This document shows, piece by piece, positions 25,941 through 39,612 of a DNA stretch of 64,000 nt. The stretch is from Eledone cirrhosa (lineage: Eukaryota). Position numbers and translations under genes: made by a program. Location: assembly GCA_964016885.1 (NCBI GenBank), contig OZ024743.1:289912001-289976000 (forward strand). Direction: 5' to 3'. The first letter of the stretch is position 1. Every line of letters begins with the position of its first letter. The notes under the pieces were generated by a model. That model was given only the letters and a program-made list of their open reading frames with translations. It was not told the DNA's origin and made no database searches.

Positions 25941-26006
25941 TATTTTGTCTGAAGATGGCATAACATATTGTTAATATGATATCCCTGAAATATATATAAC
26001 GAAATA
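25941..26006 (+). ncRNA. Type I hammerhead ribozyme motif
   Basis: TATTTTGT-CTGAAGA-stem II (CATATT/AATATG)-GAAA-TATATA-TA-ACGAAATA. Confidence 0.7.
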
Positions 26007-26095
26007 AATATGGTTTTATAAATATAGTTTCCATTTATTTAATATCATATATATATATATATATATTTATTCATGCAATACACAGACACACACAC

Positions 26096-26222
<127 letters not shown>

Positions 26223-26232
26223 TATTACATGA

Positions 26233-26264
<32 letters not shown>

Positions 26265-26630
26265 GCGGAATATGTGCATACAATCGAGTCGAACCATAAT
26301 TATTCGATCATGTAAAGTGGAGTAAATCGCGTGGGCAGCCATGTAGACTTTCTAATCTACATGATTGGATACACCAAAGTATATTTTTTTACGCTAGCAC
26401 TTAACCACTGAACCTGCTTCCAATTCATGCGGGTCTCAAACGCTTCCAGACGTCGCTGTCCATTTCATCTTTCTTGAAGGGCACTTTACCTTATTTTCCC
26501 AAATATTATTTATAGTCAACATCTATCAGGTTAATTTGCGCATGGACAGCTTTATTTAAAATTTCACCAATTATTCTTTGTCAATATTTGTTTATACATA
26601 GACATACACATATATATATACATTTCTCTG

Positions 26631-26706
<76 letters not shown>

Positions 26707-26849
26707 AACTAATTTATTGAAAGGTGGGTGAATGAAGCGAAAATGGCCCGAGTGATTGAGCCTTCTCTGTTTATAAGCCTGTAGGTTGAGGAAGAGAGCA
26801 AAAGGAAGAAAGGAGCACTTGCACAACACGCTTCTGGAGTTGAGGGTTG

Positions 26850-27017
26850 TTCTATCGACGGGGTATTAAACAACACATTTGTGGCGCCTCCCCCCTATTG
26901 GCGATTTCGATTGTTGAAATTGCTTGTTTTTATATTTTTTACACGACTGTATGTAAAATCCCCGACATGTCTTTGTATTGTCCCCTTTCTTGTTGCGCCA
27001 TTGTGGCTAATAAAGAA

Positions 27018-27018
<1 letters not shown>
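26850..27018 (+). mobile_element. Probable LINE 3' UTR ending in AATAAAGAAA, joined to (TCTA)n
   Basis: T-rich UTR-like tract, small hairpin and polyA signal directly before (TCTA)n. Another (TCTA)n lies at 26630-26705. Confidence 0.4.
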
Positions 27019-27087
<69 letters not shown>

Positions 27088-27101
27088 ATATCTATCTATC
27101 T

Positions 27102-30100
27102 AAACGACCTCAGATAGCACAGTATGGATGTAGTAACCATTTGCGAGTCCAGGATCCACACGAGCGACAGCTGCCCCCATCTTCGATGACTTTGAGATCT
27201 ACGCATCTCTCTGTCATCCGGGGGGTGGGGGAGGGGTTGCCGTTTTTCTGCGGAAATACCTGGGCCTCGTAACACAGACGGTACATCCCTGACCCGGAGC
27301 GTCGACTGGTGGACCTAGACGTTGACGGTGCTAAAGGTGGAGCCCTCAGCTGGTGGCCGTATATGCCCCATCCAGGACACCGCGGTCAGACTTCTTCAAA
27401 CGGCTAGAGACTTTTCTGGGAATGTCACGCTCCTTGCTTTTAGTGGGGGACTGGAATGGAATACTAGATGCACGTTGGGACTATGTGGGAACATGTCCCG
27501 ATAAAGCGGGGTGTAACAGCCTCAAACAGTTAATCGGCCGATTTGAACTGGCCGATAGTTATCTGCTAGATTTTCCGACTGTGCCACTGTGGACGTGGAC
27601 TAATCGCAGTGGAACATCGAGATCGTACCTAGATAGGATTCTAGTTAGAAATAAGGATAGGGACATGTCAAGCTGTCCACAAATGTTCATGGCTACCTAT
27701 TCAGATCACAAACTAGTGACCTGCATGGTCAACCTTGATAGAACCCATAGACAAGGACGCGGTTACTGGACGCTGAACTTGTCGTTACCGACATGCAAAG
27801 CCTACAGTAGACGGATTAGCACTTGACAGGAGCCATTGTCAACATCAGAGGGTGGTACTTTCTCAAGAGGGGAGTTAGATTAGACTCGTTAGTTTTTAGT
27901 AAATAATTAGGGTTAGATAGAAATAGGACCGAGAAGGAACTGGTAGATAAAGTAGAAGAAGCAATTAGTAGTGGCAACGTAGCCAGCGTGCTAGCAACGA
28001 GAACGGCCTTGGACCAGTTCTTCGACGCAAAGCACGAGGGCTTCGTTGTCAGAAGAAAAATACGTGCTCTTGAAAACGAGGGAGCCAAAGCTGTTAGCTG
28101 GGCCCGAGTGACGGAGGCAAAAAGTGGCAACAAGTCCACGATTCGGTCTTTGAAGGACCAAGACGGGCGCGTGATACGTGAGCCGAAGCAGATGTGTGCG
28201 GCCTTTCAGCGGCACTTTGCTCAACTGTTCGGGCACGGCGGCGCGCCGGGAGGGGCTATGGATTTCGGTCCATACCTCAACGGCCTACCCAGACTTTCGA
28301 ACAGCGAAGCGAAGTTCTGCGAAAAGCTGATTTCAGCCCCTGAGATAGGGAATGCGCTGAGCCAATGTGGCAAACGCAAATCTCCAGGTCTCGACAGGCT
28401 ACCCTACGAATTTTACGGAGCAATGCCGAACTTATTCTCCGGTCTCCTGGAAGCGGTCTACTGCAACTGGCAGCAGTACGGGAGAATTGCCAGTTCTGTG
28501 ACCGGGGCATAGTCACACTAGTCAGAAAGGACGAGAATAAGGGGGATGACATAGGCAACTTCCGGCCCATATCTCTGCTAAACACAGAGCTACAGATTTT
28601 GGGCAAGGTGTTGGCAAAGAGGCTGGCGCAGACATGCGCAATCCCGACCAGGTCCATACACGACAACCTCCACCTCATGCGATACATCATAGAAGGTGTA
28701 GGGTGTAAACCCGGATTCGGTGGGGCCTGATCATCTTGGATCACTCTAAGGCTTTCGATAGGGTTGACCATCGTTACCTGGATCTAGTTCTCGAGGCGGC
28801 AGGCTTCGGACCCGTGTTCAGGGGCTGGATTGCTGCAATGCACAACAGCAACATCTGCTCAAGGGTCAAGGTGAACGGCTACATCTCGGAGCCTGTCCCT
28901 ATCACGCGATCCATTAGACAGCGTTGCCCTCTCTCCTCCCTTCTGTATGTACTGACTCTCAAGCCACTACTGCGGAAGTTAGAGCTATTGCAGGGCATCC
29001 CCCTGGAACCGAGACTGCAGAAAGCGGCGTCGGCCTACGCCGATGACTGGGTAGTAATAGTGTGGAGCGCCTCGCAAATCGAGGAAGTCGGCACCTTACT
29101 GAAGGAATACGAAAGGTTTACAGGAGCGAAGCTGAACCGGGACAAGTCCATCAGTTTGCAACACGGACCGTGGAGAGGCAAACCGATGCCTTCCGATGGC
29201 GTCGTCGGACGCTGGACGGAAGGACCGGTAAAGTTGCTCGGGGTCTGGTTTGGTCCAGACATCCAGGTGGAGAAGAACTGGAACGAGGTGTCGGCCAAGG
29301 TGTTTGCACTCACCAAGAAGTGGGCCGAGTGCAAACTATCCTTGAAAGGTCGAGCGGAGGTGGCGAACACTTTTATAGCGTCCGCCATCTACTACCGCTT
29401 GACCGTCATGCATTGTCCAACCAAAACTCTCAACAACAATGGAGCCCGCGCTCTTCCAATGCCTTTGGAGGAGGCGGGCTCCTTTGGTGAGAAGATCCAT
29501 CTGCTGCCAACACCCTTCTAACGGAGGGCTGGGGTTTCAGTCTCTGACGATGCGGAAACACGCGCTCAGACTGCGGCATCTCCACGTATTCCTCACCGGA
29601 CAACCGGTGTGGGCCCCGTTCGTGAGGCGAGCCTTTCCACGAGTCGTCTCGCTGACCGAGCTGCAGTCCTGTGTCAAGCAAAGACCGAGGAAAATGGGCG
29701 ACTGGCACATCGAATATGCTCAGGCGCTCACAGCCCTCTGGCAGGCGGACCGGGCGATCAGTGGAGACTCCACTTCGTCATTCTATAGAGGGTTGATCCG
29801 CAACAAGTGCGACGACGCGCTCGGTGAAACTCTGGCGTAGAGGAAGACGAACTGGCCAGTATGTTCGGTAGGACCTTCCGCACGGGACCGATGGACAACT
29901 TCCAAAGTTCGTGGTCTGACAGTGCTACCGCGGAGCTCTACCAGTTCGAGACAAGCGCTACAGACATGGGGGCCCGGGCAGGGACCCTTCGAAAAAGATC
30001 TGTCCGAAGTGCGTGCGATACGAAGAAACCGTCGCGAACGCATTCATACACTGCCCGGGCGTCACCGACCTGTGGGGCTATGTAGAATGACTATTGTCGC

Positions 30101-30140
30101 GGGTGGGAGCAATCCGGTTGACCACCGAGTCCATCTGTAT
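27102..30140 (+). mobile_element. Tx1/L1-group LINE ORF2 (APE endonuclease, RT, zinc finger), decayed
   Basis: APE motifs VYAP, VGDWN, SYLDRI, SDHKLV; RT motifs KSPGLD, NFRPISLLN, SKAFDRVDH, RQRCPLS, AYADD; zinc finger CPKC...ETV..AFIHC. Frameshifts and stops. Confidence 0.9.
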
Positions 30141-30229
30141 CTTTCAAATCTACATCATTAATTTATTTGGCAATCAACGTTTATCATTGATTGACCAACG
30201 GTTAAAAATACAGATATAAATATGTATAT

Positions 30230-30280
30230 AGTCTATGAAAGTTCTTTCGTTGCACATCTGCAACATCATCAGTGATACTA
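30230..30280 (-). ncRNA. Type I hammerhead ribozyme motif
   Basis: CTGATGA-T-GTTGCA gatg TGCAAC-GAAA-GAACT-TTC. Stem I is imperfect. Confidence 0.65.
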
Positions 30281-30381
30281 TTATATTCCCTCCTATTGTA
30301 TTGTATTGTATTGTAATGTCGACGCCATTTTTATTTTCAATTATTAAATAAAATTATATATATATATATATATAAAAAAAA

Positions 30382-30461
<80 letters not shown>

Positions 30462-33399
30462 ATGTATAACACTGCGTACATTTAACGCCAAACGTAAATG
30501 TAAAGTAAATGTAACAACCATTTTAGCTGTGAAAACTGTGTTGCGATGCCCTCACGGAAAGACACCCCCAATATCAAAAACACAATAACATCGACACCAA
30601 ACATCCATCCATCCATTCACCTATCTGTGAATCTATTTGCGTGCCTACCTAAAATTATAAGAAAAAAAGAAACGGAAATATAACCTAAAACACTGTGATT
30701 ACTGAAATCAAATTAAAGTTGCGATAATTATGTGGTCTTGATCAATATTGTGATAACATACATAACATAATAAGAACGTGCAGTGTTCATAAAATTGTTA
30801 AACATTTTCAAAGCGTAGTAATCAAAAGGCCCATACAACTGGCAAATTGGAATACATAATGGAAATAGTGTTAATTAAAATGTTGTGAAGGTAACTGAAG
30901 TGTAGTAAGTGAAATATTACAGGATTAATTAGGGTGAATGTAACGACATGAAGCCTTGTAAGGGTCTAATAAGTTCAAATATGAAATATCAAATACACAG
31001 ATTATTGATTTAAAGTGAAATGTAAGTTTCAAGTAGTAACTTCTTCATTACAAACTAGAATATACATGGAATTATCACTCAATTACTTAGAATATTAATA
31101 GTAAATGGTATTCAAAGTCAATTAACAGGATTCAGATTCAGGAACATGTGGATGCTTAGTCTCGTCATTTACACGGAAAAGTTCAAATAATTAGAATTTT
31201 TGCATACATTGTTGTGTAAATAAGTACATAACCCATTTATCCAAATACATGCCATTGGTCAATTTCAATAACGCTCTTACATACGTGCATTTTTCTTGTT
31301 TACTTATTTTTAATTAATTCCTTATTCTTATAAGTTATCATTCATATAGTTCTTCTTTTAAATTATTGTAATTTTCAATCCCAATTGTTTCGCGGAAAAT
31401 GCCTACTTTATTTTTAATTCAGAATTATCCCTCTCAAACTCATTTAATGCCTAACGCAATAATCTACACGTGACCTGGTTCAGCCAATCATGTGCTCATG
31501 TTCCAATGCCATTTTAATTTGTACTGAATTGTTATTTTTGTGATAATTTGCAGTCTAAATAAAACTTCCAATATGTGAACACTCTGAGGAGATGCATAAA
31601 TTTAATAATAATTCTCCCGTTTGTTATAATCAGCAAACTACACGCTCGCAACTGCTTCTTGTTGAGAAAACACAGTTAAATGAGATCAGACTATCACGTT
31701 GTCGACACAATGAATGATTCATTGTAAAACATCGCCATATAACTAGGCAAACCCTGCATCCATTTAAAAGATAAAACTGAAAGCTTATTAAGAGTAATGG
31801 AATAAAAATATTTTTCGTCGACGTCGTTGCGAACAACACATCTACAGGCAACAAAGTCAGATACAAAACACCGAGAAAACGTCAGTAAACAAATGAGTTT
31901 GATCAATTTGAGAGAAGCTTAATTAATGTGATAAACATAACTTGAATATGTTACAATATATTTTATTATAGTTTCAAAATTCTAACAATATTTTCCTGCT
32001 TGTAGATGAGCCCAAACAGTGCAGGATCTAGAACGAAATGTGCAATAAATTATTTGATTCCGTATTAAGTACATATCAAAATTCCTAGTAATATAATAAA
32101 TAGGGGTTGAACATATTAATATGCAGTTAACTATAGATCACCTCATTTCAGGAAAACCATGAATATTGCTAAATTGTCATACATTTAACTTTAGCACAAC
32201 CACTTAAACGCAGACTGAGCAATTCCATGCAAAACGATCGGGGACAGACTGTAAATACTCCGTAATCATGCGCAAACTTAAACACAAAGAATAACAATTG
32301 AAACATGTATAATTCGCAGTTGTACTAAGTGGTTTAATTCTACTAGTTCTTAATCCGACTGAAATTTAAAGTAAAGTTTAGGAAAAACTCTATTCATCTT
32401 GTTTTCTAAAATATATATATTTACACGCTGAAAAAAAACGTACTATTATACCAGTACTTGATAATTAGTTGTTAAAGATGTCAAGTAAGTTATTATTTCA
32501 TGACACCTCCATCTGGTTAAACAAAAATATCAAAACAAATTTCAGTTCATTAATGGGCTGATAAGATTGTGTAACAATAGTAGATCATACTGTTTTTATT
32601 TTATATTACACCGCACATAGACTTAAATAACATGGATAAGGCTATTAAGGGCTAACAATCCTCATGATTGGGAGAAGACGTGGTCTGGAGGATATATAGT
32701 AACTTTACAAAGAATTACTAGTGAAACATATAGTTATAGAATATGGCGCAATCCTCAGCACAGAATTAATATATTTACAACTAAATCTTGAAGACAAATG
32801 TTATATATTCATATTTCCTAACCCTGCGCTGATATCACATTATTATTGTTTATAATTCTGTTAATATAAGATTTGATTAAGCAGTGTGAAGTAGCATATT
32901 TTAACCAAAGATTAAAAACAGAGCATAGTTGTCAACGTTCAAATATACAACGGCAGAAACTGAAATAAGTGTGCCACAGAATATGTTCGAAATTGCCACT
33001 GTCAAGTGATATGAAAATGTGAGATGGAATATTTACTTGTTTGAACACGGTAAATCACAAAATATCTGTTATACTCATACTGGTCCCTCATGGATTCAAC
33101 TTAAATATATGATAATCGCGAAACTTAAAATGTAAATTTATAATGTAGAACGTCCTTTTCTAGTTACCAGAAGCATTCACATGATTTTTTATGTCAAGAT
33201 TTACTAAGACCCCGCAATTCCCTATCAATGAAGAACTAATTTAACCACGACAAAATCAGAGCGCAAAAAACTGGAATAGTTCCATCTAAGCACTCTATTC
33301 GACCCTCTAAAGAGCCTCCAAATTCTACGAATTCAATGTATATAATATACACGATATTTACTTACAAGCAAAAAAAAAATGTTTTCTCAAAAAATGGTG

Positions 33400-34410
33400 T
33401 GAGAGATTACTTCAAAACCAGAAAGATATTTTATTCATATATTTCAAGAAGGCATTGGGTAGTGACTAGTAAGATGTGCTATGGTCCAGCACAAAGAAAT
33501 GTAACAAAGGGAAAATATGGATCCAATACTCATAGTAATGTGAAGGTAACCAGTGCAGTTTTCGCGCAATACCTCATTAGGGAATGGTTTCATACATTGT
33601 ATATCTGTAAAGACTGCCTAGTTCCTTCATCCATTTCACGATTTTCCTGGGGATGAACATGAGCGGTATTCTTTAGATTATGCAGGCTTTGTCAATGGTA
33701 GATGGAGGAACACCTCAAATCTAAGATGTGCAAATAGTGACGGTCTGCATATAAATTTGGAGGAATTGATTAACGGAAATAAACATCCTTATAAAGCTCC
33801 CCATCAAATGCGGAATCGAAACTCGTGTCGAAAAAGTCAAACGTAAAACGGATTTCAACGATAACATCCATATTGACATGCCGGTATGGGGGAAAAACCT
33901 TTATCGACAAATGACCAATACTGAAAGTCCTCACAAGAGACGCTTAAGAAATAACTGCATTAAACAAACTCAAACCAATATAGACATTTAAAAACATCAT
34001 TACGGAGTAACTGATCACTTTGCTGAGATACTGAAAAGTTACAAATAAGAGACATATTATGTGACCCTGAAATAATACGGAGTTATTCGGCTTAGACAAT
34101 ATTACAAAGAGCCGGTTAAGAGAAAGGTACAATGGAAATCTCATTATGGTCTAGAAAATAAGACTGATATATTATGATCATATAAAACAATCGATACAAT
34201 GATTTAACAAAGATGATACTACAAATAAATGCAGAGAGAAACAGAAAGAAAGACAGATAACGGAAAATATGGACACACATCATTAAAGAGTAGACAGGCA
34301 AACTTTATCGAGGAGACTATATCTGGGAAGCAAATGGGACACATTGAAAATGATGGTCCACAGCATGTCACATCAACGACAATACAAAGGATAAAGGATT
34401 TTCGGACTTA
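33400..34410 (+). mobile_element. RTE-clade LINE remnant, highly decayed
   Basis: SNLRCANSDGL (degenerate NLRFADD) and LTKMILQ...RNRKKDR*RKIW..IIKE*TG resemble the RTE C-terminus. Confidence 0.55.
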
Positions 34411-34676
34411 AAATTCGTTACGATTTGTATATATAATTCTGTGCTATTGAAATATCACATTATCAGTATCGCAATTGTGATTTGATACCAATGCCTGTAA
34501 GCTAACTAAACAATATTTTAGATAAGTTTTCTACGAATATTTGTTCAATGAATATAGAGATGGAGACATAGAGGACAAAGCAAGTTAATGAATAAAAGTA
34601 GATTGATAATAACTCTAGATAAAGTTGTATATCTGTGTGTATAAATGTTTGTATGTATTTATATTTACATACATAA

Positions 34677-34799
<123 letters not shown>

Positions 34800-35527
34800 T
34801 GTGTGCGTGCGTGTGTGTCTTGATTTATATATGTATATATCATCGTTTATATTACATTAGGTAATGATCGAAATTTAGGTTATTCACGACTTTGTATTTC
34901 GCCTGAAATGTTGTAAGATAATCAATATAAACATATGATTTCAAAATAATCATCTCGTTTACAATTCGTATGACTTGTGTAATAGCTAAAACATGTTATG
35001 TTTTAGATAACTAAAAAAAGCCGTTTTATTTATGTTTATGCAAGGTGAGCCATAATCAAATGATCATTTATGTCAGAAACATATCTTCATTTTACAAAGT
35101 GCAGTGTGTAGAAAATACGTTAATCTACGTTCAGCTTTCCATCACAGCAAACATACCTTTAGTTACCCTAATCTTGCCTCGAAAGAAATTAGCGAACGTA
35201 GTCGTTTTTTTTTTAATGTAGCATATTCCTGAAAGTGTTGCATTAATACGACTGTTGCATACTAATCCACGTATGTATCTATTAATCACCGGGTTATCAT
35301 GGAATGACTAACATATAGCCCCAAGTATGAGATACGATTAGTGAATCGTATTTGGCAGATTTGTCAGTAATGGTAAGTAGAAATATAACATTCAATTTTT
35401 TTAAACTTCAACAAATCATGTTGTCAAACACACACACAATAAAACACTCACAGGCACACACACACACATTGATATATATATATATATAAGCACACACAGT
35501 CATATATATATAAATGTGTGTATATAA

Positions 35528-35566
<39 letters not shown>

Positions 35567-36230
35567 TGTGTGTGTTTGTATATACACACACATATATATG
35601 TATATATATATATGAACGTATGCAGCTATATATTTGTTAGCTTCGGATAAACATTTCAAAGATATAATTATAATTGTAGCTTTAAATTATCCTTCATTAG
35701 ATGAATGGTCGGGATAATTTTCCAATAATTCTAGGAAAGTTTATTCGAAGTTTTATTCGAATTATTTAATGAACGAAAATTCTATATTTTCTATATTTTC
35801 TAACGGACGAAAATATTTTAAGGCAAAAAAAGGCAATAAAACTATTTTAGATAGTTATATATATATACCTTTTCGCCCCACATACCACAACAAAAATATG
35901 TCTTTTGTCGCATCACCAGTCTGAGGAGCAGATCCATACTGGAGTCGGGTCACGTTGAGCCAATCCTCTGCGAATAGCGCGTAACATGTTGATACGCAAT
36001 AAATATTTTTGATATATAACGAAACTTCCTCGTTTTATCTATTTTAAACACTTTGCCTGTGCATATAGTGCTTGATTTTGTACCAACAATAGTATTTCAT
36101 CGTACTACCTACACTATTGAATTATATACACATATATATATATGTGTGAGTGTGTTTGAAGGTAGCTATGATGCTTCCATACGCGGTATGCCGGTTGAGC
36201 ACTCTATGTTCTTACACAGCAGAGCGTGAT

Positions 36231-36430
36231 ATAATATAAAACGAAAAATCAGTGATGAAACTGGACTCAATTTATTGTGTGTTATACTTCTTTCGCTGGC
36301 AGACAGCTCGAGACACGATCATTGTATGGATCTGTCTGATTCTGGTGTCTCGAGCTGTCTGCCGGCGAAATAAATGTAACACACAATAAATTGAGTCCAG
36401 AAGCATCACTGATTTTTCGTTTTATATTAT
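36231..36430. repeat. Foldback element with about 85-bp inverted arms next to (TA)n
   Basis: ATAATATAAAACGAAAAATCAGTGATG...CTCGAGACAC and its reverse complement. Confidence 0.85.
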
Positions 36431-36437
36431 ATATATA

Positions 36438-36469
<32 letters not shown>

Positions 36470-36987
36470 CATATATATATAAAGTTGTATTCCTGTCTGT
36501 TTGTTTCCTCCTTTCTTTGTTCCCGAACTACTCCTATGGTTTTGGAGATAGACCCCGATAAGCACATATATTCTGAAACTACATTGCCCAGGGTACTTGG
36601 ATAAGTATACTTTATTTAATCAAATGGTTCCCCGGGGGCCCAAATCCCCGCTGAAAACCGCACACTGAAATAAAGTTCCCTTCGATTTATATGAAATTTA
36701 AACCATAGGTAAATGACAAGATATGATGTCTATTCACAAAATTTTGAAATGATATTTTGAAAAAATGATTTACAAGAAGCAAAATAAGAATAAGATTTAA
36801 TAATGTAATATAAATTTGATATATCCCAGAAAATAATGTTTTCCAATTTTTCATGCATTACATTTTACCTTGAATAATATTGAAATGCAGACTTTTTCTC
36901 CATAAATCATATCAGTTATTTGAAATCAATCATCATTTTCTTGCAAAAAATGCGTGAAACGCAGCAAGGCGCAGGTAATTCGGCTAG
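36470..36987 (+). mobile_element. Non-autonomous Helitron-like element
   Basis: Starts in TATATAAA with a TGTCTGTTTGT tract; ends with a GC hairpin (GCGT gaa ACGC) and CTAG|T. Confidence 0.5.
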
Positions 36988-37092
36988 TTTATATATAGAT
37001 GTCAACATGAATGGACCTGTTATTTTTATCTAAAGAGATTTTTTCCAATTCCATCCCGCCCGTCACCTCAATCTAACATATTTCCAATTATT

Positions 37093-37128
37093 TCTTCTGA
37101 TGAAGGACTAGCGTCCGAAACGTTAAGA
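37093..37128 (+). ncRNA. Minimal type I hammerhead ribozyme
   Basis: TCTT-CTGATGA-A-GGAC tagc GTCC-GAAA-CG-TT-AAGA. Palindromic minimal stem III as in PLE-associated HHRs. Confidence 0.8.
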
Positions 37129-37212
37129 CCCTCTTCCTGCTATATCAAGCGTTAACCCAATATAACCCTCCCATATACTGTACCGATTGTGTTGTTATTT
37201 CTGTTTACCTTT

Positions 37213-37293
<81 letters not shown>

Positions 37294-37506
37294 TTAAGGA
37301 TACTATTTATGGTTATGTATATAATAAAAGCTTTTATGGTTATATATTTTTTACACAAACCCCAAATAGTGAAAGATAGTCATTCATTACTATCTTTAAG
37401 ATAAATACTACCAGTAAGATAAATAGCTCAATGTAATAACATCGGTTGTTTTACAGAGCAGTTATATAGAGATTACAATAATCAAAGTTCAGTTTAAATC
37501 ATGTAT

Positions 37507-37555
37507 TTGCTTACAATTGTTTCATCCAAACCGAGGTTTGGATTTTTCGGAGCAA
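37507..37555 (-). ncRNA. Hammerhead motif in the 3' pLTR (CCGA core)
   Basis: TTGCT-CCGAAAA-ATCCAAACC tc GGTTTGGAT-GAAA-CAATTG-TA-AGCAA. Confidence 0.65.
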
Positions 37556-38439
37556 CTATTTAGTGATCTATAAAATATTTGACCTCCTTTTCAACAGAAG
37601 AGACATATAAAAACATATGCATATATTGACCCACAGTGGGATGACATACATCATAATGATATAGCATGGCAATTTACATATAAAGGTTAAAGGATAAAAA
37701 TAAAAATAAAAATAAAAATAAAAATAAAAATAAAAATAAAAATAAAAATAAAAATAAAAATAAAAATAAAAATAAAAATAAAAATATTAATAAAAATAAG
37801 AATAAAAATAAAAATAAAAATAAAAATAAAAATAAAAATAAAAATGAAACATTGGCAGTTTATGAAGATAAAGCAAGAGGAAAGTTTAGAGTAGTCAGTG
37901 TATGAAACAATCTCACGTGTAGCATGCACGCGTGTCTTATTTATACAGGATAAGAGTGCGGCAGATTGTTACTTGTAGGATCAGGCAGTTAAAGCAGGCA
38001 ATCAATAGAATTATGTGGGCTGTATTGTTAAATCATTTTTTCGCATACACCTGTATGAAATAGAATCCCGAATGTAGAGAAACACCAAAATATCAAAAAT
38101 ATCAAACATATTATAAAATATATAACATAGGCAAAACAGCACCACTCTCTTCGCGCACACCACCACTCACATAATCCATTAAACGCAATATATAGACTAC
38201 AGGTCTATCACACAATCCACGATGATTCAGCATAGAACCAAGTTATAAACTATATCTTGTCGATTCTTAATTAATAGATCATGTCGTTTAGTTTTGTGAG
38301 ATGATATTATATTCCGGAAGGGTGTGTGTGACCAAGGGGAGTTAATGCGTAAGGGGAGTTAATACGTAAGGGGAGGTAACTAGCTGATTTTCATAGTTAA
38401 ATTTATTATCCTAAATTACATTAATGGTGTTTCAAATAA

Positions 38440-39260
38440 GTGCCTATCATATGATGTTATAACTAATTTCTAGAATAGGTTACTTATCTATAGGTTACAG
38501 TGTAGTCTATAAAGAAGTACTAAAGGTGTATATATCAGGATGATTACCTTCTATTAAGGAGTGCCTATCATATGATGTTATAACTCATTTCTAGATTAGG
38601 TTACTAATTCTATAGGTTACAGTGTAGTCTATTAAGAAGTACTGAAGGTTTATATATCAGAATGATTACCTTCTATTAAGGAGTGTCATACCTGAACGTT
38701 CTACAAGAAGAGTCAGACCTCCAAATCAATGTTCTTTGTAAGTGTAGTCCACCCACAGAACCTGGCAGGGTCTTATTATTATTATATGACTCCCGGTAAG
38801 GTCTGGGTCATTGTATGTCTGAATCCTTGGCAAATTTAAATATCACCAGGGTGGTCCGGAGATCAATTCTCTCATATAAAGACACTAGTCTGGCCATCAA
38901 GCAATACATAAACTCCCATCTCATATATAAATTAAATTAGGTTTCTTATCTATAAATTAGAGTGCAGTCTATTAAGAAGTACTAAAGGAGTTCATATCAT
39001 GATGATTATAATCCAATATGGAGTGCCACACCTGAACAATTTATAAGAAGAGTCAGACTTCAAAATCGATTATATGTATAAGGGTCTTATTACTAATAAG
39101 GGTCTTATTACCATATAAGACTCCCGGTAAGTTCCGAGTCAGGGTATGTCTGAATCCCTGGTAAATTCAAATATCACCAGGGTGGTCCGGGGACCAGTTC
39201 TCCCATCAAAGGACACTAATCTGGTCATCAAGCAATACAGAAACTCCTAACTCATATATC
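38440..39260. repeat. Internal tandem duplications in the PLE 3' UTR (about 121-bp and about 340-bp units)
   Basis: GTGCCTATCATATGATG at about 38440 and 38561; 38620-38935 is similar to 38960-39260. Mirrored at 44070-44890. Confidence 0.85.
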
Positions 39261-39612
39261 ACCTGTGCATAATTCATTGTACTCTTCGTATAGAATATAT
39301 AGTCACTTTAATAATAAATTAATTACTTAATCATCCATCTATCTCATGGTGGCACTCCATGCACAGGATTGTGTTAGCACAACCAATACAGTGTCTACAG
39401 TTTATATTAATCATATATTTGTGCAATGCAGTCCAAGTAATCCAAGGCCAACATATCAGAATTAGAAGTACATGGGGGTATCTCCAGTGTAGATGGTACT
39501 ATAAGGTTGCCAATATTAGCTTTAGAGTATATAAATGGGTGTGAAGATGAGGTGTAAGGTGTGCCACTGATGCTAATTGCTAGAGGTGGTGACGGGTTCA
39601 ATTCTGACATTG

